NCBI GenBank assembly: GCA_963701025.1
Contig: OY969557.1
Location: forward strand, 442,042-506,041
Reading direction: 5' to 3'
Source of the DNA: an uncultured bacterium
Lineage (GTDB): Bacteria > Patescibacteriota > Minisyncoccia > Phycocordibacterales > PALSA-1337
DNA: 64,000 nt
The notes beneath the pieces are model-generated. The model made no database searches, was not told where the DNA came from, and saw only the letters and a program-made list of their open reading frames with translations. The position numbers and the translations under genes were made by a program. This document shows positions 51,096 to 62,904 of this stretch, piece after piece; the stretch's first letter is position 1, and every line of letters begins with the position of its first letter.

Positions 51096-54000
51096 CTAAT
51101 GAAACAGATTGTTGAACCAATCGACGATAGCATTCCAAACACTAGCAGTTGCCGCAGTTGTATGAATCATGGATGTTGTTTGAATCGAGCAGGTATGATC
51201 CGTTGTATTGAGCGCATAACCAGATGGGCATGAATACGCAGCCCTAGCCGGTGCAGTGGTCGTCGATGCTGCCGATGTCATGGAGCATGTATTATTCGAC
51301 ATCAAACCATATCCCGTCGGAGTCGGGCACGATTTGGAAGCGATGGCAGAAATCGTGCTCGTCTGACCGCCTATCACAGTTATGCAGGACTCTCCGGAGA
51401 GAGTGGCCCCGGTCGAACATGAGTATGTGACCGTGGCTGGCACAGTTATTGTCGTCGGTTGCGTCGACGATGATGCAGTCGGTTGTGTCGGTGCGGGTGC
51501 GGGTGATGCAGTTGCGGTTGTCGTCGAAGTCGCCGTGCTTGCGGGCGGAGTCGGAACTGTCGTGGTCGTCGCGACTGGAGCCGTCGGAGCCGTCAGCGCG
51601 GTGTCGAGCGTAGGAGCCTCTGGAGCCAATATCTGAACCGGCGGAGGCGACGCCGTCATAGCTCGGGGCGTCATAACACAGACAGCGGTGCTCGTCGCGG
51701 AGATGTTCAACGGATTGATCGACGCTGACGCGGCAAAGCAATAATTCGTCGAAGCGGACGGGCCGGTTGTCTGATACGACATGACGGCCGCGGTGACAAG
51801 AAGCATCCGGATCGATGGGGACGTTTGGGCCAAAGTATATCCGGATATGAGCGCGGAATCGCTGTCAGTCCACGAGATGTTGATCTGGCCGGATGAATTG
51901 ACGCTGGCCGTCAACACGGGAGCGGCCGGAGCGCCGAGAGTCAACAGATATGCGATCGGCGAATATGCCGAATATGTGCCGTCGGCGTACTGCACGCGCA
52001 CGCGATATTGATAATATATCGACGGAGCCAGACCGGTATCGGTGTATGATGCCGTATGCGCCGGCAGGCTGGCTATTTGCGATTGATAATATATCGACGG
52101 AGCCAGACCGGTATCGGTGTATGATGCCGTATGCGCCGGCAGGCTGGCTATTTGCGCTCCGTACGGCGCTCGTTCCACAAGGGCTGCACTCTCGACGGGA
52201 GAATTATCCGTCCATGTGAGAGTTCCGCCTCCTTTCACCTTCGCTACTGCCGTAAGCCCGGAAGGCGCTCCGGAAGCGGTCGTCGCGCACACCGGCGCGG
52301 TGGCCGCCGAACCGTTCACTGGATTGACGTATGACTGGACGGCGAAGCAGTACTTGGTGCCGGGCGAAAGGTTGGCGGTGTAGTACGTTCGAGCCGAGTA
52401 ATTCGCGACTGGTGATGACGGTACGGTGGCGAGAGAGGTGGAAGCGGGAGAGACTTCCGAGACCGCGTAGGAAGCGATGCCGGCGTCATAGTCGTACCAG
52501 GTGAGACCAATGGCTGACGAAGTGGTGGCGGAGGCGGAGAGAGATGGGGTGGAAGACTTGGCCGTCGTCACGGTCGTGGTAGCGGCATATGGTCCGTATC
52601 CCAATAACCCATATTGCAGGCGAACATTGTAGTAATAGGTAGTCGAGTTAGGAAGGCCTGTGTCAGTGTATGTCGTGCTCGTGGCTGTGCCAATGGAGGA
52701 ATATCCGGATGATTGAGAGGTCGAACGCTCGACATCGATACCTGTTATACCGGTCGCTCCGTTGTTGCTCCAAGTGAGCCTGACCTGGCCTTGGGTCGCA
52801 TTGGAAGATGTGAGACTGGTAGGTGTAGTGGAACTAAATTACATGTCGTACCTGAAAGAGCATACCCTGCCGGACAAGCGTATTTCATGATCGCCAACGA
52901 TGTCGGGAGGGTACTACAGGTATTATTAGACGACAGGGCGTAGACTATGTAAGCGGTGTTGGGACATGAATAAGTAGCTGTGGCCGGTGTGGAAGTCGCC
53001 GAAGATATTCCCCCGCCAATGAGGTTGCATGTATTGCCTGATGGAGCATACCGATTATCAGGACATGTGTATCCGAGCACTGTCGCCAATGAAGTCGGGG
53101 TCGTGTTGCATGTATTCGATGATGAAAGGCTGTATATAGCGTAGCTGGTGGATGGACATTTATAGACGCTAGTGGCTGGCATGGTAATGGCAGTCGGAGC
53201 CCCTCCGTTCAAATTACATGTCGTACCGGAAAGCGTGTAGTTGCTGTCGGTGCACACGTATCCGAGTACATTGGCAAGCACAGTCCCATTAGCGCCGCCA
53301 TTGCACGTATTCGAGGATGTGAGACCATAAATGAAACCATTACCAACAGGACAGGCATATACGACAGTTGCGGGCTTACTAGTCGCCGTTGTGACTCCGC
53401 CATTGATGAGATTGCATGCCTTGCCTGACGGAGCATAGCGAGTATCAGAGCAGGTATAGCCTAATACCGACGCAAGAGTGAATTGTTGTGATGCATTTAG
53501 AGGAACGCAGACGTCTGATTGGATGATGGTCGCCGTACCGGTAGGACATGTGTACATGGTCGTGGCTGGTTCAACGATGGGTGATGGCGTTGCGTTGATA
53601 AGACATGTCGTGCCGGAAAGCGTATAGTTTGTGTCAGGACAGCTGTATCCGAACGCTACGGCTGGTATTATTGGTTTGCTGGTATCTATCTGACCAGAGC
53701 TAGTATATGGGGTGCATGTGTTTGACGACGAGCTGAATCCATAAATGAAACCATTACCAACAGGACAGGCATATACGACAGTTGCGGGCTTACTAGTCGC
53801 CGTTGTGACTCCGCCATTGATGAGATTGCATGCCTTGCCTGACGGAGCATAGCGAGTATCAGAGCAGGTATAGCCTAATACCGACGCAAGAGTGAATTGT
53901 TGTGATGCATTTAGAGGAACGCAGACGTCTGATTGGATGATGGTCGCCGTACCGGTAGGACATGTGTACATGGTCGTGGCTGGTTCAACGATGGGTGATG

Positions 54001-56119
54001 GCGTTGCGTTGATAAGACATGTCGTGCCGGAAAGCGTATAGTTTGTGTCAGGACAGCTGTATCCGAACGCTACGGCTGGTATTATTGGTTTGCTGGTATC
54101 TATCTGACCAGAGCTAGTATATGGGGTGCATGTGTTTGACGACGAGCTGAATCCATAAATACCGGCGGGGCATCTGTAGACGGGTGTTGCAGCTGCTGAC
54201 CACTAACGATCACTTGTATGTCCCCAACCTCGGTCGTCGGGTCTCCTGCCCCGTTGCCAGTTACTGTTATAGTGTACGGTGTATCAGTCCAGTCGCTATC
54301 AAATCCACTGACACTTACTTTATATGTTCCATTAGGTGTCGTCGTCGGTACGGAAAATATAAGAGATGATCCATCACTGAGGAACATCATCTATTCCATA
54401 ATATGTACCATCGCTTGTTGTCTGACCGTGTGCTTTTGGTATCAGATTATTCAAAAAATTCCATACAGCATCAAACGTTGAATGTACATTTGCTTCAAGG
54501 ACAGAAGACGGGACCAATGAGGTCGGAGAAACTGGGGTAAGCTTGATCATATTACCAGATGTATCGAATCCTGAACCGGAGACTTTGAAAGTGTTAGTCG
54601 TGGCTCCAGTTACGGGGATGACGCCGCTTACAGCAGGTGGCGCTAAAAAAGTACTGTGATGGTAGAAAAATAATTATTTATTGCACTGCTATCTGGAGGT
54701 GCCGCGCATGAAGCTACTGGTGGAGTCTTCGTCATGCTGTAAGTCGAATGTGCCTCCATAACTAAATGAGTTAATGGTGAAAGGTGCTTCATTCGTTACC
54801 ATTCCTTGAAACAATATATTTATTTCATTACTATTCAGACCATATTTCGTACCGATATCATTGATAGCTTCCTTGATATATTTGACGACTTTCAATCTTG
54901 ATTTAGTACTTATCTGTTTAATACTAAGCGAACTACCTACCTGTACGTCTGGACCGGGATTTAATAATAAGGCCATTCCTAACGATATACTATCAGATAG
55001 ACTCCGCCCGGGAAGAGCCAGGGCGCTTATTATTTTTTTTATAGAATCACTCGGAGTATCTAGGCCCACTAAACCAACAAGGCTTCCAACATTGATGAGG
55101 GCGCTAATATACCATGGGGTAGAGACACTCCCTATAAGCTGATTGGGTAATCTGTCATATATGGCTTTCAATTGTTGGGAAGAAGTCGTATCTGAACCAC
55201 TCGGACAACCCATGGTCACACTTGCGACATTACTATAACCAGTGAATGTGCCATCCGAAAAAGACGTTCGAACACGATATTGATAAGACGTGCCACCGAC
55301 GACGTCTAGATCATTAATAGATTGCACCAGCTTTGAAACTTTCTTGATTTCGGAAAAAGAACCGCCGGACGTAGAGCGCTCGATGCTAAAGTAATCTGCT
55401 AGACCTGATGAATTATCTTTCCATGAAAGAGTCACTTGTGTCGGCGAGGTAGCAATCGCTGTCAAGTTCGATGGAGCATTCGATGCCAGCGCGCTTGCGG
55501 GAATAATCATCGTCACGGAACCGATGGTAACACTGATACTGCCTTTGCTGGCGATATCGTTGGCTACAGTCTGGTTGTATGGGATTTTCAAAGTAAAACT
55601 GTTCAATTTTACAGGCAAGACATTGAGAACAGTTGTGGCTCCTGTAACACTTGTCGGTGTTGCCCCTGAATATATAGCAGTAAGACTTATAGAAAAATCT
55701 GTCGACGATATGGAAATATTGAGTCCGTATGGGCCGTCCGGCTGACCTGTGCCACCGCCGTTTTGTACATGGGTAGGACCATAAGAAATAGCGCCTGGAG
55801 CCAAAGAAATTTGTCCTGCAGAGGAATTTATATAGGCCTGAGTCCAATTCGTGCTTGCGGGACACCATGAAGAACCCGGCCCAACGCTTACTCCGCCAGA
55901 GAACGTGAATGTTCCATTGACAGAGTAGCATGTCGAAACATTGACGCTCATTGGCGATGTTTGAACGCAATTGCCATATTTATCATAGACTCCTTGCGCG
56001 GATGTTCCCACATAACAAGGAAAACCGAGTTGGGCATTCGCTACCCTTGTCGGTGTGAAAAATGAAACCGCAAGCATCAGAACAAAAACCATCGGCACAA
56101 CCGCCACATATTTTTTCAT
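51096..56119 (-). CDS. Large secreted surface protein (signal peptide, FN3 domains, IPT-like segment, Cys-rich YxCP..C repeats, Thr/Pro linker), broken into several ORFs
   Basis: ORFs 54689..56119, 54100..54390, 52745..53971 and 51096..52604 are collinear with coding-like sequence between them; FN3 motifs LSWKDNS..YQYRVR. Confidence 0.7.
53325..54160. repeat. Apparently perfect 414-bp tandem duplication
   Basis: CCATAAAT anchors at 53325, 53739 and 54153; the 138-aa block repeats in the ORF translation. Confidence 0.9.
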
Positions 56120-56227
56120 AAAAATTAATTTGTTAGTGATGATGACATACTACAACCAATTACCCCCCCCCCCGCAAATGGGCGGTTATTAACATGCCAT
56201 CTGCTACGCCGGACCTCATAGTGAATA

Positions 56228-57361
56228 CTATACACCGATAAATTCTGAATAATTATCGCGATTGATTACTTTCAATTCTTTCCCTTTTATATCATCCTCA
56301 AAAATCTCCCTCGTCGCACGGCTTATACTGCCTTTGGTGAACTTGAATTCATAGCCGTTTAACACACCGCCCTCATCTTCGAATAGATCGATCTCTTGCA
56401 TGTCATACGAGCGAAAGAAATAATACGCCGGATCAAAATTATTGGCGGAGTTTCGTTTCATCCTCTCGAGGATCATGTAATTCTCCCATAGGGATCCGAC
56501 GTCATTTCTCGTGGCGAGAGAATTGAAATTATTGATGAGGGAATTCCTAATGCCAAGATCATAGAAGAAATATTTTTTGAGCTTGGATATGGATTTCCTT
56601 TTATTGGAAGCATAAGGAGATACGGAGAATAGTATGTAAAGCTTTTCGCATATTTCGAGATATCTTTTGACTGTGTTTTTATCTATGCCGAGAGTCCCGG
56701 CCAGCTCTGAAAGCGAGACTTCATTTCCGCTTTGCAAGGCCAGTGCTTGAAGAAGCCTCCTCAAATCATCGGGGTTTCGTATGATGCCGAGAGCCAGAAT
56801 GTCTTTGAACAGATAATTCGTCGTGATGTTTTTTATAATCTCTTTTTTCGTTTCAGCGTCAGGGGCCGTGATGACTTCGGGGTAAGAGCCGTATATCAAA
56901 CGGCTTTCCAACGATTCGCGAAGTTCGATGGGGTTCTTGCCGAGAGAGAGCTCCATTTCCGCGATCGGGAACATGGTGTATGAAAAAAATCTTCCGGTCA
57001 GAGGTTCAGAGACCGACTTTGCCAGATCAAAAGAAGAAGAGCCGGTTACTATGTAATTTTTTTGCGGAAAATTATCAAAAATTATTTTGAGCGATAAGCC
57101 GATATTAGCCACTTTTTGCGCCTCATCGATCACGACAGTATCGTATTTTTTTACCAACGAGCCGAGCTTCTCGAGATTCGCCGATTCGAACAAGACGCGT
57201 GTTTCATCTAGATCGCAATTATAATAAACACTATCTTGTCCTGAAAGAAATTCTTTTACAAGAGTAGTTTTCCCAACTTGCCGTGGTCCATAGATAATAA
57301 GGATTTTTTTCTTGCCTAAATTATTCTTGATTTTCTCCTGTAAATATCTGTGTATTTTCAT
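56228..57361 (-). CDS. AAA+ ATPase (AAA_14 + DUF4143-type), paralogue of 21659..22783
   Basis: GPRQVGKTT, DEAQK, TGSSS, EPLTGR, FFYDLGIRN, EID...YEFK. Confidence 0.92.
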   Translation of the reverse strand: MKIHRYLQEKIKNNLGKKKILIIYGPRQVGKTTLVKEFLSGQDSVYYNCDLDETRVLFESANLEKLGSLVKKYDTVVIDEAQKVANIGLSLKIIFDNFPQKNYIVTGSSSFDLAKSVSEPLTGRFFSYTMFPIAEMELSLGKNPIELRESLESRLIYGSYPEVITAPDAETKKEIIKNITTNYLFKDILALGIIRNPDDLRRLLQALALQSGNEVSLSELAGTLGIDKNTVKRYLEICEKLYILFSVSPYASNKRKSISKLKKYFFYDLGIRNSLINNFNSLATRNDVGSLWENYMILERMKRNSANNFDPAYYFFRSYDMQEIDLFEDEGGVLNGYEFKFTKGSISRATREIFEDDIKGKELKVINRDNYSEFIGV

Positions 57362-57548
57362 ATGTTTTTGTGTTAAATCACCATTTTTATACTAATTTGG
57401 TGGTTAGATTCACTATATTATACAGAAATCGGTGAATCGGTCAAATACGGTTGCTATTTTATATAATTAACTGGGTTATTTTAACACCATATCATACACT
57501 TAACCCTGTTAAATATAGAGCCAAACTCGTGGACAGTGTATGGTAATA

Positions 57549-58316
57549 TTACGCCGTCAAAATCTCCGCATCGCTTTTGGTGATAAGCACCGTGTGCTCG
57601 AAATGAGCAGATGGTTTGCCGTCCGCGGTGCGATAGGTATAGCCATCCTTACCGAGAGTGACGTGCCGCGCGCCCTGATTGAACATGGGCTCGATGGCTA
57701 TGACCATGCCGGGCTTAAGGGCGGCGCCTTTTCCAGCATCTCCGTAGTTAGGCACATAAGGATCTTCGTGGACGTCGTAGCCGACGCCGTGGCCAGCAAG
57801 CTCCTCGACGATGCCGTACTTGCCGGCTGCGCCGACACGCTCAATGGCGGCGCTTATGTCGCCGACTTTCTTGCCGCCCTTTGCGGCTTTGATCCCAGCC
57901 GCGAGCGCTTCTCTGGTCACGCGCAAAAGTCTTTCCAGATCGGCCGATATCTTCCCCACCGGCACGGTCACCGCCGCATCGGTGATAAGCCCGCGATGGA
58001 CAAGGCCGAGGTCGAGCGTGACGATGTCCCCTTCCTTTAGGACCTTATTGCTTTCATTCGGTATACCGTGGACAACCTCGTCGTTGACGGACACGCATAG
58101 GGCCGCCGGGAATGGACGACGCGCGCCGGAAGGTTTGTAATCGAGAAATGCCGGCCTGTCCCCGTTATCGGCGATGAGCTTCCTGGCGCGGTCTTCAAGC
58201 TCCGCGGCACGGACGCCCGGCTTCACCAAAGCCGCTAATTCCCGCAGGATAGCCGCATGTCGTTTGCCACCTTCGCGCAGGATGGCGATGTCTTCCTTTG
58301 TCTTTATGGTTATCAT
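57549..58316 (-). CDS. map: Methionine aminopeptidase type I
   Basis: SVNDEVVHGIP, D.G...D, GHGVG..VHEDP, AIEPM, AHFEHT. Confidence 0.96.
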   Translation of the reverse strand: MITIKTKEDIAILREGGKRHAAILRELAALVKPGVRAAELEDRARKLIADNGDRPAFLDYKPSGARRPFPAALCVSVNDEVVHGIPNESNKVLKEGDIVTLDLGLVHRGLITDAAVTVPVGKISADLERLLRVTREALAAGIKAAKGGKKVGDISAAIERVGAAGKYGIVEELAGHGVGYDVHEDPYVPNYGDAGKGAALKPGMVIAIEPMFNQGARHVTLGKDGYTYRTADGKPSAHFEHTVLITKSDAEILTA

Positions 58317-58347
58317 GAAAAGCGCCGAAACGGCGCGCATGTACACA

Positions 58348-58944
58348 CTAGCTCAAACCGAGCCGCTTCACAATGTCGGCATGGATTTCTTCAATGGAGC
58401 GTTCACCGTTGATATCGACAGAAAATTGACAATCCTGGTTGTCGCGATAATATTCCACTACCGGCACAACTTCAGTCTCATACCATGAAAGACGCTCTTG
58501 TATGTCTTCTTCGCTATCATCCGCACGCTTGCGGAGCAATAATCGTTTCAACGACTCTTCCGGACCGATATCAACATGTATGACCCATGGATTGTCCAAG
58601 CCATAAAAACCGAATACGGAGTCAAGCACTCCTGCTTCATGTAAACGCCTCGGCGTACCGTCAAATATGATGTGTTGATCTCCCGTAAAATGCTCGTTGA
58701 GAATTTTAACCCATAGATATGTAGCCACAAACTCCGGTTCAAGTTCGCCGGCGTCGTATATCTTCTTGGCGATCTTCTCAGTATACGTGTCACCTTTGAT
58801 GAAGTTCCTGAATTCCTCGCCGGTCTGCACGTAGAGACTGCCGTGGGAAGGATCAACCTTCTTCAATGCATCAATCAGAAGCCCCGCCTGCGTTCCCTTG
58901 CCCGAACCGGAACGGCCAATGAAGATAAAGGGTTGAGGTTTCAT
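58348..58944 (-). CDS. adk: Adenylate kinase family protein
   Basis: GRSGSGKGTQA, DGTPR, RADD; between secY and map. Confidence 0.88.
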   Translation of the reverse strand: MKPQPFIFIGRSGSGKGTQAGLLIDALKKVDPSHGSLYVQTGEEFRNFIKGDTYTEKIAKKIYDAGELEPEFVATYLWVKILNEHFTGDQHIIFDGTPRRLHEAGVLDSVFGFYGLDNPWVIHVDIGPEESLKRLLLRKRADDSEEDIQERLSWYETEVVPVVEYYRDNQDCQFSVDINGERSIEEIHADIVKRLGLS

Positions 58945-59216
58945 TGCGAACTATTATACCCTATATGCGAAAGAGCCGGGGGAGAAAATCTTTGAATCAT
59001 GGGTGAAGGATCTTATTCCTTTCTAGAAAATTTTTATATACATTCAATCCAATCTATGTTTTAAAATACCTACGTTTAGAGGCATGCTTTGACAAACTAC
59101 ACAACAAAATAATGACACACCGTGTCAAGCGGAAATATGCCGATGGGACATCCCCGTCCCCTTCGGTTCTTTGCTTTAAAAGCGCCGGTTTTTCTCCCTG
59201 CTTCTTTCTTCTTATC

Positions 59217-60488
59217 CTAATACTCCCTCATCGCCACTTGCGCGTCTATCTTCTTCAAGAGGTCGAGAACGACGGAAACGACGATGAGAAGGGCCGTGCC
59301 GCCGATGGCGAGAGTGGTGCCGCCGGTGAAGGATTGCATGGCGAGCGGCAGGACGGCCACGATGCCGAGGAAGAAGGCGCCGACGAGAGTGATGCGGGTG
59401 ACGATATTGGCGAGATAGTCGCGGGTATGGTCACCGGGACGGACGCCGGGGATGAAGGCGCCTCCCTGCTGGAGATTCTGGGAGATCATGGCGGGATCAA
59501 AGGTGACCGCGGTATAGAAATAAGTGAAGGCCACGACCAGGAGGAAGTAGAAGCCGCCGTAGACCCACGGGTTGTTGAAGAAAAGGGCGAACGACGTGGC
59601 ATACGCGGCGACGGTGGCGTTCGAGGCGTGAGTCAGGAAATTAGCGATGATCTGGGGGAAGAGCAGAATGGACAGGGCGAAGATGATGGGGATGACGCCG
59701 GCCTGGTTCAGGCGCAGAGGCAGATAGGTGGAAGCGCCGCCGTAGACTTTGTTGCCGCGGACCTGTTTGGCATAGGTGACCGGCACAGAACGCTCGGCTT
59801 CGGTTACGTAGACCACGCCGGCGACCACGATGAGAGCGATGACCAGAACGGCGAGATAGACGGCGACTTGGGAAGGATCGAAGGTCGTGGTGAATTGGAT
59901 GGCGTCCTTGGGCAGGCGGGCGACGATACCGGCGAAGATGATGAGGCTGACGCCGTTGCCGATGCCAAATTCCGATATGAGCTCGCCGACCCACATGAGG
60001 AGCATGGACCCGGCGGAGACGACGATGACTGATATGGCGAGAGAGGACGTCGAAAGGTGCGGCAGGACGTTCTGATTCTCCAGAAGAAGTATGAAACCGA
60101 TCGCCTGGATCAAAGCCAAAGGAGCGGAGAGGAGGCGCGAATACTGCGAGAATTTCATGCGGCCGGCTTGGCCCTCTTCATGCATGAGGGCTTTCCACTT
60201 CGGGAACATCATAGTGAGGAGTTGGATGATGATGGACGCAGTGATGAAAGGTCCCACGCCCAGCATGACGATGGAAAGGTTGGAAAGGCCACCGCCGGAA
60301 AAGATGTTCAGGAAGCCGAAGAACTGGCTGGACGAGAGCAGTTTGGCCAGATTGGCGGCATCGACACCGGGGATCGGGATGGCCGCCAGAACGCGGAAAA
60401 CGACGAGAGCGGATACGGTGAAGCCGATCCTTTTGCGTAGGATCGGATCTTTGAAGGCCATCGTCATTTTTTGCCAGAAGTTTTGCAT
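59217..60488 (-). CDS. secY: Preprotein translocase SecY
   Basis: LGVGPFITASII.QLL, GIGNGVSLIIFAGI, AGVIPIIFA, FIPGVRPG. Confidence 0.98.
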   Translation of the reverse strand: MQNFWQKMTMAFKDPILRKRIGFTVSALVVFRVLAAIPIPGVDAANLAKLLSSSQFFGFLNIFSGGGLSNLSIVMLGVGPFITASIIIQLLTMMFPKWKALMHEEGQAGRMKFSQYSRLLSAPLALIQAIGFILLLENQNVLPHLSTSSLAISVIVVSAGSMLLMWVGELISEFGIGNGVSLIIFAGIVARLPKDAIQFTTTFDPSQVAVYLAVLVIALIVVAGVVYVTEAERSVPVTYAKQVRGNKVYGGASTYLPLRLNQAGVIPIIFALSILLFPQIIANFLTHASNATVAAYATSFALFFNNPWVYGGFYFLLVVAFTYFYTAVTFDPAMISQNLQQGGAFIPGVRPGDHTRDYLANIVTRITLVGAFFLGIVAVLPLAMQSFTGGTTLAIGGTALLIVVSVVLDLLKKIDAQVAMREY

Positions 60489-60517
60489 GATTTGAGGCTG
60501 ATTCCCTTAAGTATACC

Positions 60518-61075
60518 CTATTTTTTTACCGGCTTGGCTTTAACAGCCTTCTTCGCCTTGGCAGGAATGACAGCCTTCGGAGTGCCGACGATGCCGCCGG
60601 CGCCGGGATTCTTCACGATGACCTTATCGGCGAGGACGACGACTTCCCCCTTTGCCTTCTCGATCTTCTCCTTGGCCGAAACGGAGATGAAGCAGCCGGA
60701 GACTTTGAAAGCCTTGGTGATCTCGCCGTCGCCAAGGATCTTTATCGCGGGAATGCGGCCGGACTGCGTTGATACGACGCCCTTTTCGATGAGCGTCGCC
60801 GGAGTGACGGCGTCGCTGGCCTTGAAGGCGTCTTCGAGGCGGCCGACATTGACGACGGTCATGTAGTCGGAGACAGGCTTGTTCTGATTGACGCCGCGAC
60901 CGCGCAACTTGGGCAATTTCTTTATGATGTCGCGCCATTCGGGACGGCGTTTGTTGCCGGCGCGAGCTGATTGGCCTTTGCCTCCGCGTCCAGCGGTCTT
61001 GCCGCGCTTGCCGCCGCGGGCGACGATCATGCGCGCTCTGTTCGGATGAATTCTTTTGAGTTGGTGGGATTGCAT
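60518..61075 (-). CDS. rplO: 50S ribosomal protein L15
   Basis: RGGKRGKTAGRGGKGQSAR, LPKLRG, KILGDGE. Confidence 0.95.
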   Translation of the reverse strand: MQSHQLKRIHPNRARMIVARGGKRGKTAGRGGKGQSARAGNKRRPEWRDIIKKLPKLRGRGVNQNKPVSDYMTVVNVGRLEDAFKASDAVTPATLIEKGVVSTQSGRIPAIKILGDGEITKAFKVSGCFISVSAKEKIEKAKGEVVVLADKVIVKNPGAGGIVGTPKAVIPAKAKKAVKAKPVKK

Positions 61076-61092
61076 GGTATTGGAAATGACGC

Positions 61093-61911
61093 CTAGGCCT
61101 GATCCTTGTCGGCATTCGTAGCTTCTTTGATCTCTTTCGGCTTTTTACCGCGCATGGTGGCGCGGGATATGCGGGAGAGCTTGTCGAGGGCGGCTACGGC
61201 GGCCCGGGCGATATTGATCTTATTCTTCGAACCGGACATGATCTTGGCGGCTATGTCGCGGATGCCGGCCAGCTCGATGACCACGCGGGCAGATGAGCCG
61301 GCGACTACGCCGCTACCGCGGGCCGGGAAGATCATTATGCGGGCCGAGCCGAACTTTGCCTCCGTGGCATGCGGGATGGTCATGGCGGCGGACAGAGGGA
61401 CTTTGATGAGGTGCTTCTTGGCTTCGCGGGTGGCCTTCTCTATGGCGAGCGAGGTGTCGCCGGCCTTGCCGAGACCCACGCCGACGCGGCCTTTTTTGTC
61501 TCCGGCTACCACGGCCACGCTGAAACTGTAGCGACGGCCACCGGAAGAAACACGGGTGACGCGACGGATGTCTATCATCTTGGCGTCGAACTCCGGTTTG
61601 ACGCGCTCGCCGCGATCATTACCGCGGTTTCCGGAACGGCCTCCCCTGCCTCCGCCGCGAGAGTCACGGCCGACGCCTGAACGGCCTCCCGAACGAGCTG
61701 AATCGCGCATCTTGCGGCCTGGAGTGATCCTATTCGGAGCCACGGGCGCTGCGGAAACGGCGGCATCCAGCGGAACGGCGACCGGCTCCGTCCTTTCCGA
61801 GACTGCGGCTTGCTTGGCTGCGGCGTCCAAAGCCGCCTTGCCTGCCTGTCCGGTAGGCAGGTCATTCAAAGCGATGTCATCCGTATTGGTCTGTATGTCT
61901 TGTTTTGGCAT
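61093..61911 (-). CDS. rpsE: 30S ribosomal protein S5 with a long N-terminal extension
   Basis: IRRVTRVSSGGRRYSFSV.VV.GD..GRVGVG.GKA. Confidence 0.95.
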   Translation of the reverse strand: MPKQDIQTNTDDIALNDLPTGQAGKAALDAAAKQAAVSERTEPVAVPLDAAVSAAPVAPNRITPGRKMRDSARSGGRSGVGRDSRGGGRGGRSGNRGNDRGERVKPEFDAKMIDIRRVTRVSSGGRRYSFSVAVVAGDKKGRVGVGLGKAGDTSLAIEKATREAKKHLIKVPLSAAMTIPHATEAKFGSARIMIFPARGSGVVAGSSARVVIELAGIRDIAAKIMSGSKNKINIARAAVAALDKLSRISRATMRGKKPKEIKEATNADKDQA

Positions 61912-61926
61912 GATCTTATTAATGCA

Positions 61927-62280
61927 TTAAAATTCCAATCCTCCTTCGCGGGCGCCCTCGGCCACCAGCTTGATCTTGCCGGCATAGAGATAGCCTCCGC
62001 GGTCATAGACGACTTTCTTCACTTTGGCGGCGACGGCCTTCTTGGCTAGGCCCAAGCCGACTTCCTTGGCCCGATCGGCCGGACTCTTGCCCTTGGCTTC
62101 CTTGGAAGAGAAGGCCACCAGGGTGTTGCCTTTCGTATCGTCGATGAGCTGGGCGTAGATGTAACGGTGAGATTTGAAGACGGACAGGCGAGGACGCTCT
62201 GCTGTGCCGGCGATCTTCGCGCGCACACGAGCCGCCCTACGGGCGAATCGTGCGTTCTGGGTTTTGATGATTGATTTCAT
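61927..62280 (-). CDS. rplR: 50S ribosomal protein L18
   Basis: [34 protein letters not shown]. Confidence 0.96.
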   Translation of the reverse strand: MKSIIKTQNARFARRAARVRAKIAGTAERPRLSVFKSHRYIYAQLIDDTKGNTLVAFSSKEAKGKSPADRAKEVGLGLAKKAVAAKVKKVVYDRGGYLYAGKIKLVAEGAREGGLEF

Positions 62281-62318
62281 GGTATTTGTGACATTCCTTA
62301 GCAAGTATTCGTATTATA

Positions 62319-62867
62319 TTACGCCGCCTTCTTGCCTTGTTTCCTGCGGATGACCTCGTCGGAATAGCGGATACCCTTCCCCAGATACGGCTCCGGCTTC
62401 TTCATGGCACGCACGACGGCCGCGAATTGCCCGACTTTCTCGCAGTCGATGCCGGAAATGGTCACCGTATTCTTCTCGGAGGTCACTTTGAGATCGGCCG
62501 GCACGGGCACGTGGATCTGATGCGAGAAACCGACGTTCAGCACGAGATCCTTGCCTTTCACGTCGGCCTTGAAGCCGATGCCTTCCACGATGAGCTTCTT
62601 TTCGTACGGCTTCGATACGCCGGCGATCATGTTCCTGATGTGGGAAGCGTAGGTGCCGATCATGGCTTTGGCCTGGAGCGTATTCCTGGTAGTAACCAGA
62701 GCGATTTCCTTGCCCCCGGCTTCGTTTGCGGCTACAGTAACCGACACATCGTCGCGAAAATTCTTGGACAATGTTCCGAGCGGACCCTTGACCGTCATGA
62801 CGCCAGCGGCAAAAGCAGCTTCTGTCTTGGCTGGGATCAATATTGGTTTCTTGGCGATTCTGGACAT
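62319..62867 (-). CDS. rplF: 50S ribosomal protein L6
   Basis: MSRIAKKPI, VKGPLG, PEPYLGKGIRY. Confidence 0.97.
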   Translation of the reverse strand: MSRIAKKPILIPAKTEAAFAAGVMTVKGPLGTLSKNFRDDVSVTVAANEAGGKEIALVTTRNTLQAKAMIGTYASHIRNMIAGVSKPYEKKLIVEGIGFKADVKGKDLVLNVGFSHQIHVPVPADLKVTSEKNTVTISGIDCEKVGQFAAVVRAMKKPEPYLGKGIRYSDEVIRRKQGKKAA

Positions 62868-62904
62868 GGCGGTTAATTGGAGATTGAGTATTGAAAATTG
62901 GAAA

